Positions 1 to 9,646 of a DNA stretch of 64,000 nucleotides are shown here, piece after piece. Every line of letters starts with the position of its first letter. Position 1 is the stretch's first letter. The notes under the pieces were generated by a model that was not told the DNA's origin, did not search any database, and saw only the letters and a program-made list of their open reading frames with translations. The stretch comes from Acidobacteriota bacterium (GTDB taxonomy: Bacteria > Acidobacteriota > Thermoanaerobaculia > UBA5066). The stretch lies in contig RHKY01000031.1 of NCBI GenBank assembly GCA_008363385.1, positions 6,522-70,521 of the forward strand. Reading direction: 5' to 3'. A program made the position numbers and the translations under genes.

Positions 1-784
1 TCCGGGCCCCCGTGTCGCCGCGGCCGACCAGCTCACGGAGCCGCTTCGAGTACGCGGCATCCCCTTCCCCTGCGATTCGCAGACGCCAGCCCGACAGCCC
101 CTCGCCTCGCACCACCTCGAGGAACGCCTCGACGAGGCCCTCGAGGTTCTTCTTCTCGTGCAGCCGCGAGAGAAAGAGGACCGTCCGGCTCCTCGTCGCG
201 GGCGGCTCCGCGGGCCCGCCGAAAAGGTCCTCGTCGACACCGAGCGGGATCACGACGCCCGGCCTCCGGGAGACCTCTCGAGGCGCGAGCCGCCGCTCGT
301 CCTCCGTGGTCCACTGGATCCGGCTCGCGGCTTCGATCGCCCGGCGTCCCGCCAGTCCGAGGAACAGCCGCTTCCTCAGCCGCCCCTGCGCGAGGCTCCA
401 CGGGTCGAGCTGCCCGAGCGGCCGGATCAGGTACGGCACGCCAGCCCGTCGCGCGGAGCGCGCGGCCGCCAGCGTGGCGTGGGCGAAGACCCCGTGGACA
501 TGGACGACGTCGAAGCTCTCGACGTTGCGCCTCAGCCAGTGCGCGAGTCCCGGCGACGCCTTGACCGACTCCGACGCGAGCCGGGCGAAGAAGAACGCGG
601 GGAGCCCCTCGAACACCGTCTCGCGTCCGATCTCCACCGGCAGCCTCCCTGCGCCGTCCGCGTCCGTCGCCGCGAGAACCGCGTCGACGCCAGTCTCCCT
701 CAACGCCCCGCACATGCGGATCACCGCCACGCTCGGACCACCGTACCGGGGCGCCACGGCCGGGATCACGTGGAGGGCGCGCAT
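1..784 (-). CDS. Glycosyltransferase family 4 (partial; C-terminal part lies beyond window start)
   Basis: Not in ORF track because it runs off the window. My translation from ATG 784..782 gives MRALHVIPAVAPRYGGPSVAVIRMCGALRETGVDAV...TVLFLSRLHEKKNLEGLVEAF, the GT4 N-domain plus onset of the C-domain (EX7E-type fold). Start overlaps stop of downstream gene by 19 bp. Confidence 0.7.
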   Translation of the reverse strand, partial: MRALHVIPAVAPRYGGPSVAVIRMCGALRETGVDAVLAATDADGAGRLPVEIGRETVFEGLPAFFFARLASESVKASPGLAHWLRRNVESFDVVHVHGVFAHATLAAARSARRAGVPYLIRPLGQLDPWSLAQGRLRKRLFLGLAGRRAIEAASRIQWTTEDERRLAPREVSRRPGVVIPLGVDEDLFGGPAEPPATRSRTVLFLSRLHEKKNLEGLVEAFLEVVRGEGLSGWRLRIAGEGDAAYSKRLRELVGRGDTGAR

Positions 785-1947
785 GCCGGCTCCCTCTCCG
801 CCTTCGCCCCGCGCGAAGCCCCCATCGGCGCGTACCGCTTCAGCTTCAACCAGTGCTTCTCCCACCCGTGCCAGCTCGCCAGCGCCACCAGGACGCTCAC
901 GGTGCCGCACAGGAGCATGAAGACCAGCCGCCCCGGGAGGAGCGAGCCCGCGACCCGGGGAAGCCACGCGTCCTGCCAGTGCCGGGCCAGGACGTCCTGG
1001 ACGAACGGGTGCACGACGTAGATCCCGTACGAGTAGGCCCCCAGGAAGACGAACGGCCGGAAGGAGAAGAGCCTCGCTGGCCATCCCCTCGCTGCGCCGG
1101 TCAGGGCCGCGACGAGGAGGGCGGCGAACAGGACGTTCACGGCCAGGGTCCCGACGACCATCAGCGCGGCCGTCCGTCCGGCTCCCCAGCCGCTGGAAAG
1201 AAGGGCTGCGAGGACCACGAGCGCCGCCCCCGCCGCCGGCCCCGCGAGCTTTCTCGCTCTGTCAAGCGCGGGGTCCTTCGACTCCCAGGCCGCGACCAAC
1301 GCCCCGAGCATCAATCCGTCGAGCCGAGTCGGCGTCGCGACGTAGAGCGCCAGGACCGATGCTCCCATCGTCGTCGCGATCCAGCGCGCCGCGACCGAGA
1401 GCCCGATCACCGCAACGGCGAAGGGCACGATCCGCTTCGCCCCCAGAGCGAGCACTCCGAGAGGCCAGAGGAGATAGAACTGCTCTTCGATCGCGAGCGA
1501 CCAGAAGTGAGCGAGGCCGACGTAGTCGTTCTTCAGCGCGAAGAGCCAGTTGCAGCCATAGAGCCAGTACCAGGCCTGGTGGTCCCCCGAGGAGTTCGTC
1601 ACCAGCCACCAGCCGGGCGCCACCGCCGGCCAGATGAAGAACGCGATCACGAGCGCGAGGTAGTAGAGCGGGAAGATCCGGACCGTCCGCCGGAGGTAGA
1701 AGCTCCGGAAGTACGCCTCCGATCCCCGTGCCCGGATCAGGATCCGAGTGATCAGGAACCCGGAAAGGACGAAGAACATGTCCACGCCGTTCGATCCGAG
1801 TCGCCCGAGCGCGAAGACCATCCGGTCCGCCGCCGTGTCCAGGCTCATCTCCTGGACGAAGTGACGGATCATGACGGCGAGCACGGCGACCCCGCGGACC
1901 CCGTCCAGGGGGCCTATCCGGGGCTCGGATCCGGAAGGATGCGTCAC
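766..1947 (-). CDS. Acyltransferase family 3 (OafA/YrhL-like) integral-membrane O-acyltransferase
   Basis: Multi-TM protein with GVDMFFVLSGFLITRIL and HFWSLAIEEQFYLLWP motifs. The track ORF extends to 2283 but the Arg/Gly-rich N-extension overlaps the upstream gene. GTG at 1947..1945 sits 30 bp after the upstream stop (1980) with a GAAGG RBS, giving a 394-aa protein. Confidence 0.75.
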   Translation of the reverse strand: MTHPSGSEPRIGPLDGVRGVAVLAVMIRHFVQEMSLDTAADRMVFALGRLGSNGVDMFFVLSGFLITRILIRARGSEAYFRSFYLRRTVRIFPLYYLALVIAFFIWPAVAPGWWLVTNSSGDHQAWYWLYGCNWLFALKNDYVGLAHFWSLAIEEQFYLLWPLGVLALGAKRIVPFAVAVIGLSVAARWIATTMGASVLALYVATPTRLDGLMLGALVAAWESKDPALDRARKLAGPAAGAALVVLAALLSSGWGAGRTAALMVVGTLAVNVLFAALLVAALTGAARGWPARLFSFRPFVFLGAYSYGIYVVHPFVQDVLARHWQDAWLPRVAGSLLPGRLVFMLLCGTVSVLVALASWHGWEKHWLKLKRYAPMGASRGAKAEREPACAPST

Positions 1948-1979
1948 GAGGCCTTCGTTCGTCGGGCCGGGGGCACGCG

Positions 1980-3410
1980 TCAGCCGGCCAGCACCGGAAC
2001 CCGCCCGGTCGCGGGCGCCAGTTCCGGCCGGTTCCCCCGGTCGGTCGCCCGGCGCCCTGCGGGGGCCGTTCCGTCGATCAGCCCGACGATCCCGCCCGCG
2101 ATCAGCCCGAGCAGGAGATAGACGAAGGGATCGCCGAAGATCTGCGAAGCCGTGACGAAGACCAGAGCGTTGGCCAGGAGCAGCGAGAGAAGGCCGAATC
2201 CGAGCCTCGCCACGCCGGGTTCCCGGATCGCGAGGGACGCGACGCGACGCCGAAGCTCGCCCCCCAGCCTGACGACCAGCCACCCCGCCAGGAGCAGGCC
2301 GAGGATGCCCAGCTCGGCGGCGATCCGTCCGATCCCCGGCTCCGCGACGAGACCGATCGACGCATCCGCCCCGAAGTACTGCGTGCCCTGGGCCGACGAC
2401 CCGGCTCCCACACCGAAGAGCCCGTATCTCCGCAGGGCCTCCGCGGCGGAACCCACGGACTCCGTCAGCCGGCGCGTCGAGTCCTCGGCCACCGACCCGC
2501 CCCGGGAGACGAGGTGGGCAGTGGCGCGGGACTCGCTCGCGGCGAACGCCCCGCTCAGGAGCTGGTAGCCCACGATGGCGCCTCCGAGCACTACGACGGT
2601 CACCAGCCTCCGGGGGCGCTGCCGCGCCCGGAAGAGGAGGAAGAAGTAGACGGCCGCGAAGAAGACGAGCTCTGCGAGAGCCTTGCGACGCCCGGTGAAC
2701 AGGATCGCGAGGACGGCGACCGCCAACCCGAACGCCCCGTACGCGAGCTCACCCAGTCGTCGCCGACCCCGATCCCCGACGGTCAGCAGGATCAGGAGGA
2801 CGCATGCCGTCGTCGCAGCGTGCCAGGCGGCGACCTCCGGAGTCCTCAGGAGACCCGATGCCAGCTCGACCCTGAGGTTCTCCCCGTAGACCATCAAGCC
2901 CTCTCCGATCGGCCGGAGGACCGTCATCTCCGGCCAGAGCCGCGCGGCGAGCACCGAACCCGCCGCCAGCGTCCCCAGCAGCGCGTACGCCCGGAAGAGC
3001 GCGAGCAGCCGGCTCGTCCGGAGACTCAGGAGGTAGCCCGCCGAGGCGGCGGCGACCGGGCCCAGGTAGCTCAGGAACCCGATGCCCGAGATAACGGCGC
3101 TTCCCCAGCGCGCGTACGAGTGCAACGTCTGCACCAGGACCAGGAGGAAGAGAGCTGCGACGGGCACCCGGAACAGCCCGAATGTGGCCGATCGCTGCAA
3201 CCGCCGAAGCCCCCCCCGCGCGAACAGCCCGGCCGCGCAGAAGGTGAACAGGAAGAAGGCCAGGAGCACCATGTAGAACGCGTTCCCCGGCAGCAGCTTC
3301 CTCAGCGGATCCTGGAGAAACCCCGCGACCACAACCACGTGCAGGCCCGAGAACGGGCGGACCAGGCAGAACAGCGCCAGGAGGGCGGTCGCGACGACGA
3401 GGATGTCCAC
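1980..3410 (-). CDS. O-antigen ligase / Wzy-like polymerase family polytopic membrane protein
   Basis: 476 aa with about 10-12 hydrophobic helices and a central loop. Architecture typical of Wzy_C/WaaL proteins. No catalytic motif verified. Confidence 0.5.
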   Translation of the reverse strand: MDILVVATALLALFCLVRPFSGLHVVVVAGFLQDPLRKLLPGNAFYMVLLAFFLFTFCAAGLFARGGLRRLQRSATFGLFRVPVAALFLLVLVQTLHSYARWGSAVISGIGFLSYLGPVAAASAGYLLSLRTSRLLALFRAYALLGTLAAGSVLAARLWPEMTVLRPIGEGLMVYGENLRVELASGLLRTPEVAAWHAATTACVLLILLTVGDRGRRRLGELAYGAFGLAVAVLAILFTGRRKALAELVFFAAVYFFLLFRARQRPRRLVTVVVLGGAIVGYQLLSGAFAASESRATAHLVSRGGSVAEDSTRRLTESVGSAAEALRRYGLFGVGAGSSAQGTQYFGADASIGLVAEPGIGRIAAELGILGLLLAGWLVVRLGGELRRRVASLAIREPGVARLGFGLLSLLLANALVFVTASQIFGDPFVYLLLGLIAGGIVGLIDGTAPAGRRATDRGNRPELAPATGRVPVLAG

Positions 3411-4691
3411 CTAGGTCGCTCCCCGTCCGCCGACGGTCGCCGCTGCTGGCGGCATCGACAGCCGTCGCGCGCTATCGCGAGCGTCCACGTCCCAGATGTC
3501 CGTGCGGCGATCCGCCACCGCCCTCAGGGCCCGGAGGACCGCCTCCGCCGCCACGGGGAGGTCCTGGGTGTCCGCCAGGAGCTCCGAGCTCCTGCCGAGC
3601 CGCTCCCGCTCCCCGGGGTCGTCGGTCAACCGGCGCAGCGCCGCCGTCAGCCCGACCACGTCCCCGCAGGAGAACACGGCCGTGTTCCGACCGGGCTGCG
3701 CGGAGTCGGTCTCGCCGACGCACCCGATCCGGTCCGACGCCACGATGGGAAGCCCCACCGCCATCGCCTCCGTCACCACGAGAGGATGCGGGTCGAAATC
3801 GGACGCCACCACGAGGATGTCTCCGCCGGCGAGAAGCGACGGCATCTCCCGCTGGTTCACGAATCCCGACACCCTCATTCGACCTTCGAGCCCTCGCTCC
3901 CGGATGCGTGTCTCCACGGCTCCGCGAAGGGGTCCGTCGCCCACGAGAAGACCCGCGACGGGGACGGCGTCTGCCGCGAGCGCTCCCACGGCTTCCACCA
4001 GGTCGAAGGGCCTCTTCCTGGGCTCCAGCTTCCCGACCTGCAGCGCGACGAGCGCGTCGGGAGGCAGCTGGAACCGCTCCCGTATGGACCTCCGGCTCGC
4101 CGGCCGCTCGCCCGCGCCGGCGCGGAATCTCTGGACGTCCACCGGGCAGGCGCCGCGGAACATCTTCTCCGGCGGGACTCCATAGTGCCGGTAGTACGCC
4201 TCGTTGTTGTCCCCTATCGTGACGAAGGCATCGCAGCGCCCGAAGTGCCACCTCAGGATCGCCCGCTTCAGCGCTCGACGGACGACGCCCCGATCGTGGA
4301 GCAGCTCCGAGTCCCCGAAATGCAGCAGCGCCGCCCTCCCCGAGGCCCAGCGCGCCGCTCTCCAGATGGTCCGCTGGGAGTATCCGTGCAGCCAGAGCGC
4401 ATGGGGGTTGAACTCGTCCAGGTATCGGCCGACGCTCGGGTTGTCCATGTCGAGGAACCCGGCGGACCGGGGCCGGCGCCGGATGGGGAGGAAGACGGAG
4501 TCGTAGCCCGAGAGCAGGTCCACGTCCCAGGCGAACGTCTGGCCAAACCCGGAGTCGTGATAGGGCTTCACTCCCCAGTCGCAGCAGTAGAAGACCCTCA
4601 CCTCGAGGCCGGGGACACCGGCGAGAGTGCGGAACAGCGGTGCGTAGTGCTGGATCGGGTGGGAGATGACCACGCCGAGTCGAAGTGTCAC
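3411..4691 (-). CDS. Glycosyltransferase family 4
   Basis: C-terminal 426 aa of the 964-aa track ORF (N-part is Arg/Gly-rich overlap artefact). GT4 hallmarks: VTLRLGVVISHPIQHYAPLF N-term, GDGPLRGAVE, TEAMAVGLPIVASD. GTG start 4691..4689 overlaps TGA of upstream gene (GTGA). Confidence 0.8.
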   Translation of the reverse strand: MTLRLGVVISHPIQHYAPLFRTLAGVPGLEVRVFYCCDWGVKPYHDSGFGQTFAWDVDLLSGYDSVFLPIRRRPRSAGFLDMDNPSVGRYLDEFNPHALWLHGYSQRTIWRAARWASGRAALLHFGDSELLHDRGVVRRALKRAILRWHFGRCDAFVTIGDNNEAYYRHYGVPPEKMFRGACPVDVQRFRAGAGERPASRRSIRERFQLPPDALVALQVGKLEPRKRPFDLVEAVGALAADAVPVAGLLVGDGPLRGAVETRIRERGLEGRMRVSGFVNQREMPSLLAGGDILVVASDFDPHPLVVTEAMAVGLPIVASDRIGCVGETDSAQPGRNTAVFSCGDVVGLTAALRRLTDDPGERERLGRSSELLADTQDLPVAAEAVLRALRAVADRRTDIWDVDARDSARRLSMPPAAATVGGRGAT

Positions 4692-6496
4692 GCCGCCCTC
4701 CCGCGGACCCGACGCACGGCTGGCTCGAGGAGCTTCGCCCCCCCCGCGTACAGCCGGATCGCCCAGAACATCGCTCGGATCTCGCCGACGAGCTTGACCG
4801 GGATCCACCAGGGCCGCGACAGATGGAAGCGCGTGCGGACCTCGCGGAACAGCCTGCGCGGGAAGAACAGAAGAGCTTCCCGTGCCGTCCCCTCCCGGAG
4901 AGCGAAGTAGTAGTCGCCGACGCCGTAGTCCGGCCGCGCGCTCTTCAGGTGCGACCCCTTCCTGCGAGTTCCGCCGGACTCCGCACGGAGGTGCCGTATC
5001 CGAGCCGTCGGCTCGAACGCGACGGTCCACCCGGACCTCCGGAGTCTCCTCACGAACTCCGTCTCGAACCGGTGCGCCGTGCCGCGAAAGGCCTCGTCGA
5101 AGCCGCCGACACCCAAGGCCGCCACCCGGCTGACGGACAGGTTCCCGGCCATGCAGTTGGCGACGACGGCCGGCTGCGTGGAGTTGAACCGGAAATCGAG
5201 GTCTTGCACGAGGCCGGCGGCGGCGCGGCGGGAGGCCGGCGGATCGATCGGCTCCTCGCCCGGCTGGAGCACCATGCCGACGACGGCGCCCACGCGCGCG
5301 CCCCGGTGAGCCGCCAGGTGGCCGGCGATCAGGTCGCGGTCGGGCACGAGGTCGTCGTCGAGGAACAGGACGACGGGCCTCGTCGCGCGGAGCAGGCCCT
5401 GGTTCATCGCCCGGGGGATCGAAGGCTCCGCGAGCTGGATCAGGCGGATCGCGCCGGCGGCGCTCCAGGCCCGGAGCCGAGCGGCCGTCTCCGGCAGGTG
5501 CTCCGGCGTCTGGTCCACCACGATCAGCTCTCCCGGGGGAGGATCGAGGGCGAGAACTGCTGACACGGTCTCGACGAGCACTCCCTCGCGGCCGAAGGTC
5601 GGGATCACGACGGAGACCCGGGCCCCGTCGCGAGCAGACTCCGCGACTTCGATTCCGGAAGCCGACGTCGTCGACGGCCGGTCGTCGGAGGTCCCGGCCT
5701 TCCGAAACGCGAGCTGCACGCAGTACCCCGCCCAGCCGGCCACCAGCACCTCGAGGAACCTCCGGAGGCCGCTGACGAGCCGACTGGTCCGGTTCCCGTA
5801 GACCCTCTTCATCCACGCCCGGATCAGCCCCTCGGCCTCGTCCTCGAGGCCCAGGACCCCTTCGTAGAAGGACCTGTCCAGGAGCCGGAAGCCGTGCCGC
5901 TCGATCTTCGCGACGGTGCGGTCCGGGTCGAGCGCATACTGGTTGAAAGGAGCTGCGGGCTCGGCGCCGGTGTCCAACGTCTCGTACCGGCGCCGCGCCG
6001 CCTTCCGGCGACGCAGCCAGGACATCGCGGGGAACGACACGAAGGCGACCCCGCCTGGCCTCAGGATCCGGTCCATCTCCGCGACGATCGGCTCGAAGCC
6101 ATCCCGGAAGTGGCCGATCACTCCCTGGCTGATGTAGACGTCCACCGATTCGGCCTCCAGCGGCAGGCGCCTCACGTCCGCCGCGGCCAGGAGCATCAGG
6201 GGCTCTTCCTGGCGCACCGCCGTGAGGGTCCTCGTGGAGAAGTCGACGCCGAGGCAGCGGTAGCCCCGCCGCCCCAGATCGCGGACGACGTTGCTCACTC
6301 CGCACCCGGCCTCCACGCAGAGGCCACCGGCAGGGGCGTGCTTCTCGATCATCCTCAGCAGCGTGCCCGGCGTCCCGGCGCGGATCGACACCGAGAGTCC
6401 GGTACCGAGGAGGCGCTCCCAGTTGCGCCCCCAGAACTCAGGCGTCGCCGCCTGGTCGAAGAAGGCCAGCTCGCCGTCGACGAGGAGCTTCAGCAC
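4688..6496 (-). CDS. Bifunctional class I SAM-dependent methyltransferase / GT2 glycosyltransferase
   Basis: N-terminal MTase motif I (LCVEAGCGVSNVV, VDFS acidic loop). C-terminal GT2-A fold (VSVVIPTFGRE, VVLFLDDDLVPD). Single continuous frame of 602 aa. Confidence 0.75.
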   Translation of the reverse strand: MLKLLVDGELAFFDQAATPEFWGRNWERLLGTGLSVSIRAGTPGTLLRMIEKHAPAGGLCVEAGCGVSNVVRDLGRRGYRCLGVDFSTRTLTAVRQEEPLMLLAAADVRRLPLEAESVDVYISQGVIGHFRDGFEPIVAEMDRILRPGGVAFVSFPAMSWLRRRKAARRRYETLDTGAEPAAPFNQYALDPDRTVAKIERHGFRLLDRSFYEGVLGLEDEAEGLIRAWMKRVYGNRTSRLVSGLRRFLEVLVAGWAGYCVQLAFRKAGTSDDRPSTTSASGIEVAESARDGARVSVVIPTFGREGVLVETVSAVLALDPPPGELIVVDQTPEHLPETAARLRAWSAAGAIRLIQLAEPSIPRAMNQGLLRATRPVVLFLDDDLVPDRDLIAGHLAAHRGARVGAVVGMVLQPGEEPIDPPASRRAAAGLVQDLDFRFNSTQPAVVANCMAGNLSVSRVAALGVGGFDEAFRGTAHRFETEFVRRLRRSGWTVAFEPTARIRHLRAESGGTRRKGSHLKSARPDYGVGDYYFALREGTAREALLFFPRRLFREVRTRFHLSRPWWIPVKLVGEIRAMFWAIRLYAGGAKLLEPAVRRVRGRAA

Positions 6497-7677
6497 CCCC
6501 CCACGACCCCCGCCTCGGGGCCGAGGCCGGCGACCCCGGCGACGACGGATCTCAGCTGGCGGCCGGTCTCCTCCCAGGCGAAACGGGGCCAGACGGACCC
6601 CCTCGCCGCGCCCTCCATCGACGCGAGCAGATTCTTGTCCCCCGCTACCCTCGCGATCGCCGAGGCGAGCTGTCGGGGCCGGCCAGGCGGGACGAGCAGG
6701 CCGTTCGTGCCTTCCGTGACGACGTCGGGGATTCCCCCCACGCGACTGCCGATCACCGGGACGCCGCAGGCCAGCGCCTCCAGGACGACCCCGGGGAACG
6801 AATCGCTCCGGGACGGTACGCAGACGACATCGGAGGCCCTGTAGATCTGGGCCAGCTCGTGCTTCGGTCTCGCTCCCAGGAAGGTCACCAGATGGCGAAA
6901 GCGATCACGGATTCCCTTCCTCAGAGCCGCCGCCTCGGGCCCGTCGCCGACGATCTGGAGCTGGACGCCGTGACCCTCTTCTTCGAGGATGCAGACCGCT
7001 TCGATCAGGTCTTCGACGCCCTTCTCGACTGCGAGCCGGCCCACGAACAGGAGCTGGAGTCGCGTCGTCGCGGCCGGGCGCGGGCGTGGCTCGTCCCACG
7101 CCGGACCGAGCGCCTCCGGCTCGACCCCGTTCGGAACCACGAAGACCCGGCCGGGCCTCGCACCGCCGCGGACGGCCAGCTCCGCCATCGCCGTCGAGAG
7201 AGCGATCACCGCGTCGGCATCCTGATACGCCACGGCGGAGGCGTACTTGTAGAGCGCGGTCAGGGTCGCGTCGTACGTGCCACGGGGCCTTTCGAAAACG
7301 TCCCCGTGGGTCACCATCAGGACAGCCACCCCCAGCCGTCTGTTGAGGGCCCTGCCCGCAACCGCGGTGAGAACGTGCCCGTGACAGACGACCGCCATCG
7401 GCTCGCCGGGCGCGTAGTGCCGCAGAAGCGCGCGCCCGACCCCCGCCGCGAACGCCACCTCTCGCGGAACGTGGCTCAGTCGCCTCAGCGGCCGGAACTG
7501 CGGCGTGTCGACCGGCACGAAGTCGTAGGGGCCCCTCCCTGACGGCGGCGAGTCCGAGAAGAGCGCGGTCTCGAACTCCCTTCCGAGCTCGCGCGCATGC
7601 CAGGCCGCGACCCATCCGACGCTCCCCCCCGAGCCGCAGCCCGGAGCCGCGACGGCCACCCGGGGGCGCTTCCTCAT
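6490..7677 (-). CDS. Glycosyltransferase family 4
   Basis: 395 aa. FVGRLAVEKGVEDLIEA, EAMACGVPVIGSRVGGIPDVV, TGLLVPP motifs typical of GT4 retaining transferases. Confidence 0.8.
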   Translation of the reverse strand: MRKRPRVAVAAPGCGSGGSVGWVAAWHARELGREFETALFSDSPPSGRGPYDFVPVDTPQFRPLRRLSHVPREVAFAAGVGRALLRHYAPGEPMAVVCHGHVLTAVAGRALNRRLGVAVLMVTHGDVFERPRGTYDATLTALYKYASAVAYQDADAVIALSTAMAELAVRGGARPGRVFVVPNGVEPEALGPAWDEPRPRPAATTRLQLLFVGRLAVEKGVEDLIEAVCILEEEGHGVQLQIVGDGPEAAALRKGIRDRFRHLVTFLGARPKHELAQIYRASDVVCVPSRSDSFPGVVLEALACGVPVIGSRVGGIPDVVTEGTNGLLVPPGRPRQLASAIARVAGDKNLLASMEGAARGSVWPRFAWEETGRQLRSVVAGVAGLGPEAGVVGGC

Positions 7678-8642
7678 CCGCCGACCGTCTGCCCGGTCGT
7701 GTCGCAGAGCAGGGCGGCCGCCGCCAGGGCCAGCCAGACGCGCGGCGAGAGCGGCGCCTCCCGCCGGCAGGCGGTCAGATAGCGGAGCGCTCTGCGGTCC
7801 CGGCGGTCAAGAAGGCACTTCCCGATGAAGTAGCTGCCCGGGAGCGCTCCGGCTCCCGGCGGCCCGGTTCGCGTCGAGACGGTCGCGGCCTGAGCCAGGA
7901 TGTCGTCCTCGCTGGCTCCCGCTGCCCGGGCCTCCCGGGCCGCCATCGCGAGCTCGTAGAGCGCCTGCTGCTGCCGCTTCCTCACGGCGCTGATCCCTCG
8001 CTCCTCGTATCGGTACGCGTAGAGGAACTCCGGCACGAACGCGAAGCCCCCCCGTTCGGTGAGGCGGAGCCAGAGATCCCAGTCCTGCGCGAACCGGAAC
8101 GGCCCCCGATAGCCGCCCACGGCCCGATAGTCGTCCGCGCGGAACATCGCGGATCCGTGCCCGTTCGGACCTCTCCCGCGCGATCTCAGCGCCTCGGTCG
8201 CCTCGGCTGTTGCCGTCGGGCCCTCCTCCTCGAGAAGCAGCTCACCGTCCGGCCCGACGACGTAGGCGTGGCACGACACGAGCGACAGGCTCGGCTCGCT
8301 CGAGAGCAGCCCCGCCTGCTTCCGCAGACGGCCCGGCAGAGAGAGGTCGTCCGCGTCGTGCCGCGCGATGTACCTGCCGCGGCTCACGGAGCAGCCGAGG
8401 ACCAGCGCGGCGGTCAACCCCTGGTTCGTCCGGCGGTAGAGCCGGACCCTGCGGTCCTCCCTTTCGACCTCCTCGAGGTAGCGCGTCGTCTCGTCCGTCG
8501 AGCCGTCGTCCACGACGATCAGCTCGAGGTCCTCGAGGTCCTGTCCGAGCACCGAGTCCAATGAACGCCGGACGTACCTCCCCACGTTGTAGGCGCTCGT
8601 CACGACGGAGACGAGGGGAGGCTCCCCGCCCACGGATGTCAC
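7674..8642 (-). CDS. Glycosyltransferase family 2
   Basis: LVSVVTSAYNVGRYVRRSLDSVLGQ, LIVVDDGSTDET, DADD(L) GT2-A motifs. GTG 8642..8640 overlaps TGA of upstream GT2 (GTGA). The track ORF's longer N-extension is an out-of-frame overlap artefact. Confidence 0.75.
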   Translation of the reverse strand: MTSVGGEPPLVSVVTSAYNVGRYVRRSLDSVLGQDLEDLELIVVDDGSTDETTRYLEEVEREDRRVRLYRRTNQGLTAALVLGCSVSRGRYIARHDADDLSLPGRLRKQAGLLSSEPSLSLVSCHAYVVGPDGELLLEEEGPTATAEATEALRSRGRGPNGHGSAMFRADDYRAVGGYRGPFRFAQDWDLWLRLTERGGFAFVPEFLYAYRYEERGISAVRKRQQQALYELAMAAREARAAGASEDDILAQAATVSTRTGPPGAGALPGSYFIGKCLLDRRDRRALRYLTACRREAPLSPRVWLALAAAALLCDTTGQTVGG

Positions 8643-9643
8643 GGGTCCCCTCCGGGCGGACCGAGCCCCGACCGCACCCGGTCGAAGGCGCACGCCGCGC
8701 GGCCGACCCGGCTCCATCCGAGGAGTCGCGCCATCGACCGATACGCCCGCATGTCGCGCGACCCCGACTCCCGGCCGGCGGAAGCCGCCACCGCCAGCTC
8801 GAGCATGCGCGCCGCCTGCCCCTCCAGCCCCGCGTCCCCGGCGAGCCGGCAGAGGTGGAAGAGCTCTCTCGCGTACTGCCTCATGTGAGGGTCTTCCGAA
8901 GAGACGCCGGCCGCCTCGGCGTGGCGGAAGATCAGCTCGTGCGACTCGCAGCGCCAGGCCATCCTCACCGGGTCCCGCTCCCACGATCCGCTCGCGCGAT
9001 CGCCCCCGTGGTGCCGGGCATCCGCGAGGAACTCCGGGCACCAAGCGAGCCGGGCGCCGAGCGCTCCTGCCCGCGCGTCGTACTCCCAGTCCTCCTCCTG
9101 CCTCAGGCTCGTCCACGGCCCGACCCTGTCCGTGAGGGTGCGACGGTAGACAGGCGTCATTGTGTGCCAGACCCGCCCCGAGAGGAGGTGCGGGAAGAGC
9201 GTCTCCAGCTCCACTCCGGTCCGGGCTGCCGGGACGTCGCACCGGTCGCCTCCGATCACGTACTCCCGCGACTTGCAGTAGGCCACGTCGGCCCCGGGGC
9301 GGTCCCGCAGCGCGGAGACCTGGACCTCGAACTTCCGGGGGTCGAGCCAGTCGTCGCTGTCGAGGTACTGGATGTACTCGCCCCGCGCGGCAGCCCGACC
9401 CGTCTCCCGCGCCAGGCCGGGGCCCCCGTTCGGTCTCGTCAGGACGCGTAACACGCCCGGGTGCCGCGCCGCCAGCGCCTCCGCGGCCTCTCTCGTGTCG
9501 TCCGTCGACCCGTCGTCGACGACGACGATCTCGATGGGCCGATAGGTCTGCGCGAGGACGCAGCCGACCGCCTGGGCGAGGAGGGCCGCGCGGTTGAACA
9601 CCGGGATCACCGTCGAGACGAGGTCCGGGACGACGTTCTCCAC
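8639..9643 (-). CDS. Glycosyltransferase family 2
   Basis: VSTVIPVFNRAALLAQAVGCVLAQT, IVVVDDGSTDDT, YLDSDDW (DXD) motifs. 334 aa. Confidence 0.8.
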   Translation of the reverse strand: MENVVPDLVSTVIPVFNRAALLAQAVGCVLAQTYRPIEIVVVDDGSTDDTREAAEALAARHPGVLRVLTRPNGGPGLARETGRAAARGEYIQYLDSDDWLDPRKFEVQVSALRDRPGADVAYCKSREYVIGGDRCDVPAARTGVELETLFPHLLSGRVWHTMTPVYRRTLTDRVGPWTSLRQEEDWEYDARAGALGARLAWCPEFLADARHHGGDRASGSWERDPVRMAWRCESHELIFRHAEAAGVSSEDPHMRQYARELFHLCRLAGDAGLEGQAARMLELAVAASAGRESGSRDMRAYRSMARLLGWSRVGRAACAFDRVRSGLGPPGGDP

Positions 9644-9646
9644 GGA

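Noticed and set aside
12-1021. Plus-strand ORFs 12..920 and 158..1021 and minus ORF 33..713 (Arg/Ser/Pro-rich)
   Set aside because: Low-complexity translations typical of wrong-frame reading in high-GC DNA. The region is fully explained by the minus-strand GT4 gene that runs off the window start.
2514-4910. 798-aa plus-strand ORF antisense to GT4 and Wzy-like genes
   Set aside because: Arg/Glu/Pro/Gly-dominated with no motifs. It is antisense to genes with clear family signatures, so it is a high-GC open-frame artefact.
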